A stretch of DNA of 64,000 nt, taken from positions 27,096,001-27,160,000 of the forward strand of contig CM119371.1 in the NCBI GenBank assembly GCA_051294905.1. Reading direction: 5' to 3'. The stretch's first letter is position 1. The number at the start of each line of letters is the position of its first letter. Below are positions 38,333 through 52,502 of the stretch, one piece after another. The notes beneath the pieces were generated by a model that did no database searches, was not told where the DNA came from, and saw nothing but the letters and a program-made list of their open reading frames with translations. This DNA comes from Botryllus schlosseri (taxonomy: Eukaryota). The translations under genes and the position numbers were made by a program.

Positions 38333-39784
38333 GTAGTTGCATGTCATCGGATTATAGTTGCCAGTCGCGATTTGTTTCCAGCTCATTATTATTGCTCTGT
38401 GTATAGTCCATATTTCCCATCTGAGAGGTATCTCAACACTGAAAGCTTTCATGCTATCAAACTATGCGTTGGGATAGCAAACATTCCAGATGCTTCTTTA
38501 GATATATCTCATTATGACGATAAGGAAGGATTGTTCACTATCATCAAAAGGGGCGCGTATAAAGAAGTTTGAGAACCACTGCATGCCTTAGAGGATATCT
38601 CATAGTATCTGCAGTACAAGCATATCTTACAGTACTGTTTTAATTTCATCGTTCAGACAATGCACATTGTACAGTTCTGCGATAATATATTGTCAAATCG
38701 TTTAACGAACAGAATTAGCATGGCTCGCGCTTCGTTCCATGGGCATGTAAATCATACACAACACCCCTCTCGCTACATGACCGGTCGGTGGATTGAACAG
38801 TTATTAATGAATATCGGACCCTTGTCCGGTAGTCGTAATCGCAATGCAGTAGCAATCAGTAAGATCGGGATAACCAACTGACAACTTCACGTACCCAGCG
38901 TCCGTGTCATCATCGTTCACGAGATGATCAGGTAGTAAGTATGCACGCTATCAAAGTAGCATTCCCTCTTGCAGAATAATCAAGTGGTTTTTCTACTTTC
39001 ATCACTAAATTAAAGTGCCAGTTTTCGGACTAGCTCCACTTCTACGTAAAAAAGATGTTGATAAGGTAAAATACTTCTTCCATTGACTCTTTGGTCATTG
39101 GTGAATCAGGATTCATAACGATAGCGGTAGGAAATGCGTGATTGAAATTGTTCAACCCGTCAACCCTCACATTTCTCATTCAAGATTTTGAAAAGTGCAT
39201 GTAATACACAATTTGGACATGCAGAAAGAAATAACATTTGTCCATTCGCGATTCTAATAATACACAACAAAGCCTTTATTTGAATAGACCCATTAATGAA
39301 GTAAATGTGCGAGTTTCTCAGGCCTAGCATAATACAATTGTTATTGTATGGTAGACGATGTTCTTATCCCTTACCAGAGTTTGTCTATCTAGGCAACTAT
39401 TTATTACTGCCTAGAGCAAAACTCAGCATTTTACACTCGGCGGGACAAATTCCGCCCGCGAGAGAGAGAGAGAGAGAGAGGGGAATTTATGGTTCATTGT
39501 ATTATTATTATCATTATAATAATCACACAACAACGACAGTGGCGCTTATCGCCTGTTTAGGCCTTGTGCGCCACGACAATGCTTTTGTATACTCATGACG
39601 ACTTTCATGCTCGCGCACATCCACTCTTCCATTCGCTCTCGCTTTCGTGCGCCCTCTTGCTGGTCTATGCTGCCGACTTCGGAGCTCGGCTCACTCTTTT
39701 TCTGGGCTTTTTCAAGGCGCTGCGTTAACAGCGGGATCGGCGATGAGGAGCCCAGATAAACCTCCGACACATAGAAACATGGCA

Positions 39785-39845
39785 GAGCCGAGACTCGAAC
39801 CACCAACCATTGGTGTCGTGACTGCAGTGTAACTGCGCCACTCAC
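39785..39845 (-). mobile_element. tRNA-derived SINE head (mirror 57941-58001, +)
   Basis: GTGGCGCAGT..ACACCAATGGTTGGTGGTTCGAGTCT; resembles the 30788 head. Confidence 0.45.
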
Positions 39846-40329
39846 TTCCCTATGGTTCATTGTAAAAAAGATAATAACAGATCACTTCCGATACACAACT
39901 AAACTACACATGACTGAAAAGATATTGACGGTTGACACTACGCAAATAATGATCAAAACGAAACAATCGTGATTTAGCTTGGACAAGGTACATGTATTGA
40001 ATGTGCATATGTGCACTTGCAGTCACATAATGTAGGCCTCGCCTGTATACATTATGATTGCTGGATGAAGCGCCATCGAAGTGATGTGGTGATCATCCTG
40101 TTTACTGCAGCTGCATGGAGTAATTGGATATATATTTTTTTAGCGCGCTGAATAATGAATTTTCATAATGAAGTTGTAGGAGCACACGACAAGTCAAATT
40201 AGTTGAGGAAATAGGAAAGATATCTATAATCAAAAAACAAAACTTGTTGGCCGGCACTAGTTCTTATTAGGAATACTCTTTGCTGTTATAGGATTCAATA
40301 AGATAGCTACGATACTAGGTTTAATATAC

Positions 40330-41720
40330 GTAGGGTGGTCGAACACAGACATCTGGAGTATAGACACATCTCATGGTATATTCGATCACTTACCAAAAAC
40401 GGTCGACTGGGTTTGGCACCAAATATATCAGCTACAGCCAAACAACTCGTTACAACGAAATCGGTAGCCAGAGAATCGATTCATATTTGTGTTCTAATCG
40501 AATTAGCGACTGTGGACACTTAGGTTGAGATGTGAGAGTGACATATTGCAGGGCTGGATAAGATTGGTGGTGGGGATTTCGTCCGCGTCACAATGACTAT
40601 CTGGATATCAGAATGCGATCCTCGGGAGCCCCGAAAGAATTTATAATGCAATGCTGTTTGAACCCGCTGAATTTGGCTCCTGACGTCAAGGTTCCGGTTA
40701 TATATAGCCAAGTAACAAGTGGAGAGTTGCGCCAATTACAAACTGTGGTAATGACAGTAAATGCAGTCGGAGACTACGTTCCTCCAATGGTATCAAAGGA
40801 AAAAGACCCAATGGTCGCTTGGCATGCCTACTTCAACCATTGTGCGCTACAGCGACATAGCAAAGTTCTATCAGTGATTGATTAATTTTATGACGCAAAA
40901 GAGAATGTTTCGAGCAAAACAATATTGATTCATGATGGCCATGGTCCACAAAGATGTGCCGAAGCTCTTACATATGCTGCGAATAGCAATGTGGAAATTG
41001 TCAGTCTCCGCCGCATACCGAAGTCGTTACAGTCACCTGTTAAAAACATTTTTTGGGCCTACTACAAGATGACTGCTCGAAGGCGTCTGCGAAATAATCC
41101 CGGAGTGGGTATTTCATGACTTGATGTACCTGAGCTATTCTGCAAGTCTTATATAAAAGTGGCTACTATCATACATGCGGTACAGTCTAAAAATCAGAGA
41201 CCTCGGCTATTCATAGAGTGAAGCACAAATGAGTTTACATTGCTGCCAGCCAGCACGGGAAAACTTATCAACTTGAACATAGTTGGTTTACGAACGGTGA
41301 AAGTAAAACAGGCAATATGCTTCAAGAAATGTTTCCTCTACGCAGCTCGCGTGAGCAAATGCGAACTGATCAGACGACGTCGATGTCATGAATAACTAAA
41401 TTTGAAAAATTTTCTCATCCAACATCACCAATTTTCATATATATTGTAAAAAATACAACACGAAAGGAGACGTGAGACACAGGTGAGGCACAAGCGGGTC
41501 GTGCCTCACCTGTGGCAATGTAATTATGCTCACAAATAGTTCATAATTCATATTAACTGGTGTCGATGAAATGCTATTGTCACACCGATTCCGAAAATCT
41601 GAATATTACCAAGATCAGAGCACTATAACCCCCTCAGAATCGCCTAGCACTGTGAAATTCTGCTTTATTGCTTGCAATGACAGCTCAGAGAAACAATGGC
41701 CAGGTGAGGCATAAAAGAAT
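40330..41720 (+). pseudogene. Decayed pogo/Tigger-like (DDE_1) transposon (mirror ~56066-57456)
   Basis: Fragments TVVMTVNAVGDYVPPMV and IHDGHG..ALTYAANSNVEIVSL..LQ resemble DDE_1 motifs; stops and frameshifts; boundaries approximate. Confidence 0.7.
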
Positions 41721-42741
41721 CTGCTTCAATCAGTACTCACTAACAATGGGACAATCACAGCACAGTGGAGCACGACATTGATGAGAGTGTTGTCTGGATG
41801 ATGGAGTTGCGACGGCCAGTATAGGCTACCCGCTACGTAATGCGGATAAAATACGGTTCCTAACTGATGTGTGTTTTCCATGCATAACTACCTCTAATTG
41901 TGGTATTATTTATGGCCTCTTTGTGGCATTTATGATACGTTTCGACTGAAACGGTTGATTGGTCATTTACACCAGACCGATATCCTACACTACACTATCA
42001 TTCCATATCTACCGACCTGCTAGCACGGCACACTTCTTGGCTTATGTAAGACAGTGTCAGTCCGCGCGTCACCACCCATAAACCTCACCGAACGGTATTA
42101 GAGGATTCCCGAACCACCAAATGCGGTCTACTATCCTAATGACCGATGTAACGTTGTTAGATCTTCATCTTCAGCTTATGTGAGGTCTAAAAGGTTGGGA
42201 ACCACTGCGCTGGTGTGTCGTACCTTAGGAAATATAGAAGTTCTGGATTGATCTCATGGATCATGTTAAGCCAGTTGCCATAACCTGAAATGCTTTTACG
42301 CAGGTCCAGAAAGACCCAGCACACCTTGCCTTTTTACCTTGATTTTTTTTAATTTGTATTGGGTATGTGGGCCAAGTCACCCAATTACCACAAAATGTGA
42401 ACGTGGTCATTTGGTTATTTTATAAATCATGTGACTTGAATTGATGCGATGCTAGCGTGACCCTACTGAATACTTCTGATGTTGCCGGGATCGTGACTCT
42501 CGCGCCCACCTCTCCTTTCAAAGGGGGTAAAGTGCAACAAAAGTAACATAAAACACTCAAATTACACCCTAATTATGAGGATGGGAGGGAATGAGCCGGC
42601 TTAATACCGTTTGGAAGCTTTTAGTAAAGATGTGTAACTTGCTGGTGCGGCACTAGTAGCGCCATAGTTGCTGCGCGGTCCATTTCTGCCCGGGCGATTA
42701 CGCCTTGACCATCGCATGATTGTCAAAACCCCCATTGATAA

Positions 42742-43214
42742 CACTGGTCAACAAAATGAAAATTTTTTCTTTAGACAAAACATCTGAGAGCCGTTTCTGG
42801 GGTTTTTGAGACGGCTGATTACGAATATCACATTAGTTTTGTCAGATTGGCTCTCTGTCAGAAGATATTTATACTCATAAAAAAGCCCGAAATTATTGTA
42901 TTTACCCTTAAGTATTTAACTTGATAGGAAAAAACTCGTAGTTTTTTCTAATTTTATACTGCGCCTAAATAGCTATATGACTTTGAACAACCATCATGTC
43001 ATTCTCAGTCATTCTATCAATATTAACATGACATGATGCGAAATATTTGTTTGTCAAAAAATAAAATGGGGGATTAGGGGAAAAATAGCCCCATGGGTTA
43101 TCTCCACAACGGGAGCCAACTTGAAAAAACTAAGGTCATATTCGGAATCAGTGCCCTTCAGAACCTCCAAAAGCGCTCTTACTTTTTCTGTCTAAAAATA
43201 AGTGTTGACCAGTA
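42742..43214. mobile_element. Chapaev3/Transib-like MITE (mirror 54543-55015)
   Basis: TIRs CACTGGTCAACA / TGTTGACCAGTA; 3-bp TAA on both flanks. Confidence 0.65.
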
Positions 43215-43810
43215 TAATTGATATTTGTCCGGTCCCGAGATGGGCGTGGCCGAATAGGATTATACCTACAGCGTGAGCCCGCGTTAAAATTGCGGTATAC
43301 AAAGGTAGATATTACGTACAGTGAAGTAATGTGAATTTGGAAACGCGTACAAATCACGAACGACCTTTTCTGTCAAATTGGTGTGAAACCGGAAACTGAC
43401 AGTTACCAATTACAATCACACTGACGAAAAAGTATGCCATAGCTCTTGATTATGGTCTTCCAATTATCATAACTATACATTTTTGCTCGGTTAACACAGT
43501 AAATCATACAAACACGTATGTCGCTTTCGTTTTGACTCCTTGTCGTGAAACAGCCGGTGCACGACGACAATAGCGAACTGAAGTGTCCGCATTTGACAAC
43601 ATTATGATCTTCCTAATCGATTAATTTTTCTTAAAACGTAAAATGACTTGAAGAACGTAGTGATGAATACCCAGATTTCAAGGAGGAAAACATAGAGACT
43701 TAGGTGTTGCTCGAGAAACCCAGATCAGGGTGAAAAAAGACAGGAGTGGCGTCCCATCTATCCGGGCATGCTTACCCTGCCTACAATGATTGACGCATCT
43801 CTAAATAATA

Positions 43811-44738
43811 TGGATGGTGAGAACCTCATAAAGGTCCAGGGTCGTGTCAACGAGAACCTTTTTGAAAGGTATATTCTATGTGAACGCGAACGTGAACGTC
43901 ATGACGTCACGTGACGTGATATTACTAATTCCAACCCTACATTTCAGTGAAGTGATAGCCTATATTTAAATATTGTGTACACGGTACTTAGCGACGATTC
44001 GGGCCACATAATGCCGCAATGCTGAAGTAAATATTGAAGTTTTGAACGTCACCAAATGTATCTGGGGTAATCAAATGATATTAAAATCCCATAAAATCAA
44101 CATCTTCCTTCGCTTTGCCAGCAATTTCGACCAGAAATTGTAAGGGAATTTGAGCCTACTCCTTAACGGTCTAGGCCACACCGGACGTTGTATTCGGCGT
44201 CTGAATATTGCTACGATGACATTGAGCAGAGTGTAAAACGGGTTTCTGTTGCTACCGATATTACCCCGAAATTAAGATTGACCCCGTACGCCGGCCAGAT
44301 TTTTTACATCAGACAGCGATATTAATTTTATTGATTGGTTGAATAAGCATAATTCGCTGACTACCTCCATGCAGTACAAAACTCTTGATGTTGTGTGATT
44401 GCGGGTCAAGCTCGCAGCAGAGAGTAACTAAATATTAAAAAACGGCAAGCTGGATATTTCAAGCAAACATTTGTAACAAAGCAAGTAATATTTTTGACAT
44501 TGACAAGGTGCATGTTCGTTAAGTCTTGATTTTCAGGCTGCCAGCGCCATGCAGAGAGTAGCCCGCATTTGAAATGAGATGAATTTCAACCAAAGATGTT
44601 ATTATGAAGCGAAAATTGTAATATATGAAAATGTTCCACAGTGCAGAACCTCCGAAGGCTCTTTTGTGAACGTGAAACTCTAAATTTCTGAGGTTCACAC
44701 ACAGAACGCGAACGTGAACCTCACGTTCACACCATCTA
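43811..44738. mobile_element. Non-autonomous DNA element with GAACGTG subterminal repeats (mirror ~53019-53946)
   Basis: Ends GATGGTGAGAAC / GTTCACACCATC; GAACGCGAACGTGAAC arrays near both ends. Confidence 0.5.
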
Positions 44739-45254
44739 TTGCGACGCGGGAATCGGATATTTCGGCGACAAGCATTTCGCGGCTAGTCGGTTTTCACGTC
44801 GGTCTTTACGTCTAATCGATTGATTGTTGTTTAATTTGATTGGTTAATTTAATTGTCGCGGCGTCCGTTCTCGGTTTTCTTCATGTCTCACGGTTCCTGT
44901 TTCATTTCTCGCCATTTAACTATATTCTGAACAAGCTATTCCGTATTGTATGTTCTGGACTGCTTGTATTTGAAACAGAAGAGACTTGAGATACACAACG
45001 CTTGCTAGTACCCATTGCCAGATTTAGTGTGCAGCAGACAGGATCCCGACACCTGATAAAGCGCCACTCATTGATTTCAGTGCCGCGTCGGAACAATTCA
45101 CAAGAAGCCTATTTAAGCCGATATATTCGATACGCTCTTCGATTCAGGCACCGCATGTGCAGTCTACATTCAAGACTCTTCTGCCCTACGAAGATCGATC
45201 GACCCTGCTCGTCACTAAATCTGTTAATACTTAAGGAGTTTCGTTACGTTTGAG

Positions 45255-48200
45255 ATGTCGTTTGTTAAATCTCCAACGGATTCTCACAAGTCTCCAACCT
45301 TGGCACCCACTTGGAAGCCACTAGCTAAGATGACGGTCGACGATTTACGATCCGAGTTACAAGTTCTTGGCGAAGCTACCAGTGGAAGCAAAGCTGTATT
45401 GACAGAGCGATTAAGAAAAATCCGCGATTCCAACAAACCCTCGCAAAAGAAAGAGTCGACGCCCTCTCCATTGAGCACCACTGAAAATCCATCTGAACTG
45501 GTCATGCTTTTTCAGATGATGAAGCATCAGCAAGATCTCGATCGTCAGCAGCAGCAATTAGATCGTGAAGCTGATCGCCAGCAGCAGCAATTAGATCGTG
45601 AAGCTGATCGCCGGCAGCAGCAATTAGATCGTGAAGATGCCGACCGCAAGTTTCAGTTGCAGCTTGAAGAGCTCAAGCAGAGACAGGTGCTGGAGCGTGA
45701 GGAAAGCGAAAGACGGTTTCAACTGCAACTGGAAGAAATTCGACAGAAGTCATCAAAAGACCAACTCAACTCGGGCCACCCATCGGCAAGTAACGGCGAT
45801 CCATGTCTACCTGAGGTCATTATAAGAAAATTCAGACGTATGCATGCCGAAGTTGTCGAGTCTTTGCAAGCGCTGGAAAATAAATATCGGAACCCCACCT
45901 CTTTCGAAGAGATCAACGTCTTCATACGATCAGTAGATATAGCAATGACCGATCTCAAGACCTTCGTTGATGCCAAAATCGACCAGCTTAACGAGGGTGA
46001 TTTAAAGACCGAAATCGTTGATGGCATGAGAAGCTCGAAAGAAATTTATCTGGCACACCTCCCTCTTGCCAAATCGAAATCTGCATCACTTAAAGCTGCC
46101 GAGGATGCCGAGAAAGCCGCCGGATCGCTCCCCAGTGGAATAGTGCCGCCTACATTCAACGGCGACATTTTGACATTTCCCTCATTTTGGGAGTCATTCG
46201 AGCCGCTGGTTCACGAAAATCCAAAGGTCAGTCGGTTTTACAAAATTACTTATTTAAAGGCGGCTCTCAAAGGATCGTCATCCGGCCTTCTTAATGGGTT
46301 CCCTTCGACGGCCGTGAGTTATGAGCCTGCCGTGGACGCTGTCCTTAAAAGGTACGGGAAGAAACAAGCCATAGTGAGAAATCACATCAAAGACTTGCTG
46401 CAAGGTGAGAAGGTCGAATTTAAGATCGATAAAGTCAGGAGGCTACTCGATGCCGCCACTGCAAAAAGGGCGATATTAACGCAGTATGACGTCTCTTGGG
46501 ACCAACTGTTTACACAGGTACTCGAGTCTCAGCTGCCGGGTACGTTGCGCGAACGTTGGATCAGGAAAATTAGTCCTATGATCGATGACGATGAAGTTCC
46601 TGATTCCGATCTCTTGTTCGAATTTCTGACAACCGAGTTGGCGACGATGGAGTCCTTGCAGTCGCAGAGTGGGCGTCGCCCTACTGACGCACGTGACAAG
46701 CCGCAACATAAAGATAAACTGAGTAGTTGCGTTGCCGGTGAAGTTGAAAAATCGTTTTCTGCGCAATCCCTGGTAACGCAGTCCATAACGCCATGCTGTA
46801 GCTACTGCTCGAGTGCTCATATGTTAAAATACTGTGACGAGTTTTTGAATTTGACTCCCCCCCCCCCCCAGCGAATGGCTGACTTGGTCATGAATAAGCC
46901 TGGAAAAGTATGTTTCAGATGCTTATCTCCGAAAGGGCATGAAGGTCATCCGAAGACATTCCACCAATGTAAGGAGCGTTGTTCCGTCGCGGGCTGTGGG
47001 AAACCCCATCACGAATTGCTACACGTTTCTGGGGAACCATTGGGTGACGTCAAGTGTATGGTCTCAACCATTGACAAACCTCTTTCCACCCCTGTTTTGC
47101 GAGATGCGGACATCGACACATTACTGCCTACTGCGTTAGGAAGCATCAACCACAATGGCGAAAGGAAACAGGTTAGAATCGCATTCGACTCTTTTTCCCA
47201 GAAGAGCTTTGTAACCCGTGGACTAGCAGATTCGTTGAAGCTAACGCCAACTAAAAGCGATTGCGTGGACATTAGTGGATTTGGAGGTAATTCTGCTTCA
47301 AGTGTTGTGGACGTTGTAAAATTCACGCTAGAGTCCACTGATGGCTTCGAAAACGTTAGCGTTGAGGCTTACGTTCAAGAAGGCGTGATTTGTGCGCCTT
47401 TAAGAAATGTAGATCTGTGCGCTAGTCAAATTTCTCACTTAGAGGGTCTGAACCTTGCCGACCCCCTTCCAAGGAATAATGGGACCATTGATATTCATCT
47501 CGGAGGGCGATACTATTTTTCGCTGATGCAGGGAGAGGTGATTAGTCCTGATGTTCCGGAAATGGGGCCTTATGCGATCAAAACTATATTTGGCTGGGTG
47601 CTGGCTGGTCCTTGCGTTAAACTGGAACAAGATAGGAGTAACACGTCTAGTTGTCTACTTCTCACAACTACACCAAATGACGATTCATTGAAGTCAGATC
47701 CATGGCAGTCGTTGAACGACAAGTTGGAAAGATTTTGGGATCAAGATAGCATCGGTATTTGTGACAAGAAGACTATTCCTACTGCAGAGGAACGGGATGC
47801 CATGGAACAGTTCGATAGGTCGGTTCAGTTTGACGGCTCTAAATACGTTGTTTCCTTGCCATTCAGACGTGACGTGCCGGATTTGAAATCCAATTACCGC
47901 GAGGCCTATTCAAGATTGCTTTCAGCAGAGAAGACGCTGCGCAGGAATCCTGAGAAGTCGCGAAACTACGACGCCGCAATCATGGAATATGAGAAAAACG
48001 GGTTCTCGAGAAAATTAACTCAGGACGAGTTCGAAGAGATTGGTAAGCTCCCTCATTACTTTGTCCCGCACCACCCGGTATTCAAAGAATCCAGTACCTC
48101 CACTAAGCTTCGCATAGTATTCGACGCGAGTGCTCGAGATTGCCAAGGTTTGTCACTGAACGACTGTCTACTCAAGGGGCCGAACTTACTACCTGATATT

Positions 48201-49335
48201 GCGTCAGTGTTGCGTCAGTGCGTCAGTGCGTCAGGATTGCGCTCAGCGGGGATATCAAAAAGATGTTTTGCCAAACAGGTGTTGTTCCAGACCATCAAAG
48301 GTACCAATTATATCTTTGGCGTAATTGTGACTCTACTCGACCACCCGATGTTTATGTTATGACCCGGGTTATGTTCGGCATTACCTCCAGTCCGTTTCTT
48401 GCAATTCAGACCATTCTGCATCACTCTCGTTTGCAGGAAAAGGATGCAGAAATTTCGAACATAATTGAGAAAAACATGTACGTAGACGATGTTCATCTTG
48501 GCGGTGATAACGTTGACGAAGTGCTCGCATTGCAACGCCGATTAGTTGATTTCTTTCGGGCAGGTGGATGGACGTTGGTCAAATTTGGATCGAATAGCCG
48601 TGAGTTGATCGAACAAATTCCGAAGCACGCACGATTGCCAAACTGCGAGCTGGATTTAGACGATGCTAAGTGTGGCGAAGCCTCTTCGTTAGGGCTGAAA
48701 TGGCATGCTCTTGATGATCTGATGTATTGTAATGTGACTCCAAAACTCTGCGAACAAGACAAATTGGTTACTAAAAGAACCATGCTGAGCAAAGTCAGTC
48801 AAATTTATGATGTTTTCGGGTATTTTGCAGCCTTTGTAGTTCGCGTCAAGATTCTTCTCCAGGATTTATGGAGAAAGAAATTGGATTGGAACGATGAAGT
48901 CGATGAAGTCACAGCCACCAAGTACCGTCAATGGACAGAGGAACTGGCCTCGCTTGAATCTATAAAGATACCAAGGTATCTATTCGTTGGGCTTCTTGGT
49001 TTGAAGAACATTCAACTCCACGGATTCGCCGATGCATCTGAAGCCGCTTACGGCGCCGTCCTATACCTCAGAGCCATGGACGAGGAAGGTACAGTAGTGA
49101 TTCGTTACCTGATGTCGAAAACGAGAGTCGCTCCTTTGAAAGCGATGTCCGTTGCGCGACTAGAACTAATGTCGGCACATTGTCTCGCTAAACTAGTTCG
49201 GTATTGCTTAGACGCTTGGTCCTCGGTTCTAACTGTCGACAACATTTATTTGTGGTTAGACTCGCAGATTGCTCTCGCCTGGCTCGCCAAGCCGAGTACA
49301 TACTGGAAAACCTTCGTGAGAAATCGAGTGCAGGA
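45255..49335 (+). pseudogene. BEL/Pao gag-pol with N-terminal SAP-like motif; frameshift at ~48210-48235; truncated at the fold-back junction
   Basis: ORF 45255-48362 and ORF 48218+ overlap at a TGCGTCAG micro-tandem. Confidence 0.9.
45538..45645 (+). repeat. 33-bp in-frame tandem repeat x3 in gag (DRQQQQLDREA)
   Basis: GATCG(T/C)C(A/G)GCAGCAGCAATTAGATCGTGAAG repeated; mirrored at ~52112-52219. Confidence 0.9.
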
Positions 49336-52300
49336 AGTGATGCAGAATGGTCTGAATTGCAAGAAACGGACTGGAGGTAATGCCGAACATAACCCGGGTC
49401 ATAACATAAACATCGGGTGGTCGAGTAGAGTCACAATTACGCCAAAGATATAATTGGTACCTTTGATGGTCTGGAACAACACCTGTTTGGCAAAACATCT
49501 TTTTGATATCCCCGCTGAGCGCAATCCTGACGCACTGACGCACTGACGCAACACTGACGCAATATCAGGTAGTAAGTTCGGCCCCTTGAGTAGACAGTCG
49601 TTCAGTGACAAACCTTGGCAATCTCGAGCACTCGCGTCGAATACTATGCGAAGCTTAGTGGAGGTACTGGATTCTTTGAATACCGGGTGGTGCGGGACAA
49701 AGTAATGAGGGAGCTTACCAATCTCTTCGAACTCGTCCTGAGTTAATTTTCTCGAGAACCCGTTTTTCTCATATTCCATGATTGCGGCGTCGTAGTTTCG
49801 CGACTTCTCAGGATTCCTGCGCAGCGTCTTCTCTGCTGAAAGCAATCTTGAATAGGCCTCGCGGTAATTGGATTTCAAATCCGGCACGTCACGTCTGAAT
49901 GGCAAGGAAACAACGTATTTAGAGCCGTCAAACTGAACCGACCTATCGAACTGTTCCATGGCATCCCGTTCCTCTGCAGTAGGAATAGTCTTCTTGTCAC
50001 AAATACCGATGCTATCTTGATCCCAAAATCTTTCCAACTTGTCGTTCAACGACTGCCATGGATCTGACTTCAATGAATCGTCATTTGGTGTAGTTGTGAG
50101 AAGTAGACAACTAGACGTGTTACTCCTATCTTGTTCCAGTTTAACGCAAGGACCAGCCAGCACCCAGCCAAATATAGTTTTGATCGCATAAGGCCCCATT
50201 TCCGGAACATCAGGACTAATCACCTCTCCCTGCATCAGCGAAAAATAGTATCGCCCTCCGAGATGAATATCAATGGTCCCATTATTCCTTGGAAGGGGGT
50301 CGGCAAGGTTCAGACCCTCTAAGTGAGAAATTTGACTAGCGCACAGATCTACATTTCTTAAAGGCGCACAAATCACGCCTTCTTGAACGTAAGCCTCAAC
50401 GCTAACGTTTTCGAAGCCATCAGTGGACTCTAGCGTGAATTTTACAACGTCCACAACACTTGAAGCAGAATTACCTCCAAATCCACTAATGTCCACGCAA
50501 TCGCTTTTAGTTGGCGTTAGCTTCAACGAATCTGCTAGTCCACGGGTTACAAAGCTCTTCTGGGAAAAAGAGTCGAATGCGATTCTAACCTGTTTCCTTT
50601 CGCCATTGTGGTTGATGCTTCCTAACGCAGTAGGCAGTAATGTGTCGATGTCCGCATCTCGCAATACAGGGGTGGAAAGAGGTTTGTCAATGGTTGAGAC
50701 CATACACTTGACGTCACCCAATGGTTCCCCAGAAACGTGTAGCAATTCGTGATGGGGTTTCCCACAGCCCGCGACGGAACAACGCTCCTTACATTGGTGG
50801 AATGTCTTCGGATGACCTTCATGCCCTTTCGGAGATAAGCATCTGAAACATACTTTTCCAGGCTTATTCATGACCAAGTCAGCCATTCGCTGGGGGGGGG
50901 AGTCAAATTCAAAAACTCGTCACAGTATTTTAACATATGAGCACTCGAGCAGTAGCTACAGCATGGCGTTATGGACTGCGTTACCAGGGATTGCGCAGAA
51001 AACGATTTTTCAACTTCACCGGCAACGCAACTACTCAGTTTATCTTTATGTTGCGGCTTGTCACGTGCGTCAGTAGGGCGACGCCCACTCTGCGACTGCA
51101 AGGACTCCATCGTCGCCAACTCGGTTGTCAGAAATTCGAACAAGAGATCGGAATCAGGAACTTCATCGTCATCGATCATAGGACTAATTTTCCTGATCCA
51201 ACGTTCGCGCAACGTACCCGGCAGCTGAGACTCGAGTACCTGTGTAAACAGTTGGTCCCAAGAGACGTCATACTGCGTTAATATCGCCCTTTTTGCAGTG
51301 GCGGCATCGAGTAGCCTCCTGACTTTATCGATCTTAAATTCGACCTTCTCACCTTGCAGCAAGTCTTTGATGTGATTTCTCACTATGGCTTGTTTCTTCC
51401 CGTACCTTTTAAGGACAGCGTCCACGGCAGGCTCATAACTCACGGCCGTCGAAGGGAACCCATTAAGAAGGCCGGATGACGATCCTTTGAGAGCCGCCTT
51501 TAAATAAGTAATTTTGTAAAACCGACTGACCTTTGGATTTTCGTGAACCAGCGGCTCGAATGACTCCCAAAATGAGGGAAATGTCAAAATGTCGCCGTTG
51601 AATGTAGGCGGCACTATTCCACTGGGGAGCGATCCGGCGGCTTTCTCGGCATCCTCGGCAGCTTTAAGTGATGCAGATTTCGATTTGGCAAGAGGGAGGT
51701 GTGCCAGATAAATTTCTTTCGAGCTTCTCATGCCATCAACGATTTCGGTCTTTAAATCACCCTCGTTAAGCTGGTCGATTTTGGCATCAACGAAGGTCTT
51801 GAGATCGGTCATTGCTATATCTACTGATCGTATGAAGACGTTGATCTCTTCGAAAGAGGTGGGGTTCCGATATTTATTTTCCAGCGCTTGCAAAGACTCG
51901 ACAACTTCGGCATGCATACGTCTGAATTTTCTTATAATGACCTCAGGTAGACATGGATCGCCGTTACTTGCCGATGGGTGGCCCGAGTTGAGTTGGTCTT
52001 TTGATGACTTCTGTCGAATTTCTTCCAGTTGCAGTTGAAACCGTCTTTCGCTTTCCTCACGCTCCAGCACCTGTCTCTGCTTGAGCTCTTCAAGCTGCAA
52101 CTGAAACTTGCGGTCGGCATCTTCACGATCTAATTGCTGCTGCCGGCGATCAGCTTCACGATCTAATTGCTGCTGCTGGCGATCAGCTTCACGATCTAAT
52201 TGCTGCTGCTGACGATCGAGATCTTGCTGATGCTTCATCATCTGAAAAAGCATGACCAGTTCAGATGGATTTTCAGTGGTGCTCAATGGAGAGGGCGTCG

Positions 52301-52502
52301 ACTCTTTCTTTTGCGAGGGTTTGTTGGAATCGCGGATTTTTCTTAATCGCTCTGTCAATACAGCTTTGCTTCCACTGGTAGCTTCGCCAAGAACTTGTAA
52401 CTCGGATCGTAAATCGTCGACCGTCATCTTAGCTAGTGGCTTCCAAGTGGGTGCCAAGGTTGGAGACTTGTGAGAATCCGTTGGAGATTTAACAAACGAC
52501 AT
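49336..52502 (-). pseudogene. Inverted duplicate of BEL/Pao gag-protease-partial RT (element copy extends to ~53020)
   Basis: Near-identical translation to the left copy; extra frameshift at the G9 run 50892-50900; ends before YVDD. Confidence 0.92.

Larger units (their letters stand above)
38040..48425. repeat. Left arm of giant inverted repeat (10,386 bp)
   Basis: Reverse complement of 49336-59746; ORF track mirrored throughout. Confidence 0.97.
44737..49335 (+). mobile_element. BEL/Pao LTR retrotransposon, 3'-truncated within RNase H (no integrase or 3' LTR); 5' boundary approximate
   Basis: DUF1759-like PTFNGD..FWESF; three Cys/His knuckles; protease; RT (RIVFDAS, GPNLL, DIKKMF, FGITSSPFLA, YVDD); Pao RNase H (FADASEAAYG, RLEL, DSQIAL). 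Confidence 0.93.

Noticed and set aside
38129..38572. 147-aa NPNP-repeat protein (mirror 59214-59657)
   Set aside because: Translation of hexameric subterminal repeats of a DNA element
44737..45254. Exact 5' LTR limits and primer-binding site
   Set aside because: No clean TG...CA plus TGG PBS found and no 3' LTR for comparison
46857..46869. C13/G9 run as a programmed or phase-variable frameshift
   Set aside because: Homopolymer length is error-prone in assemblies and both copies are already dead downstream
49336..49453. Novel C-terminal extension on the 411-aa pol ORF (and the mirror chimeric ORF 49256-49543)
   Set aside because: Read-through across the fold-back junction into antisense sequence
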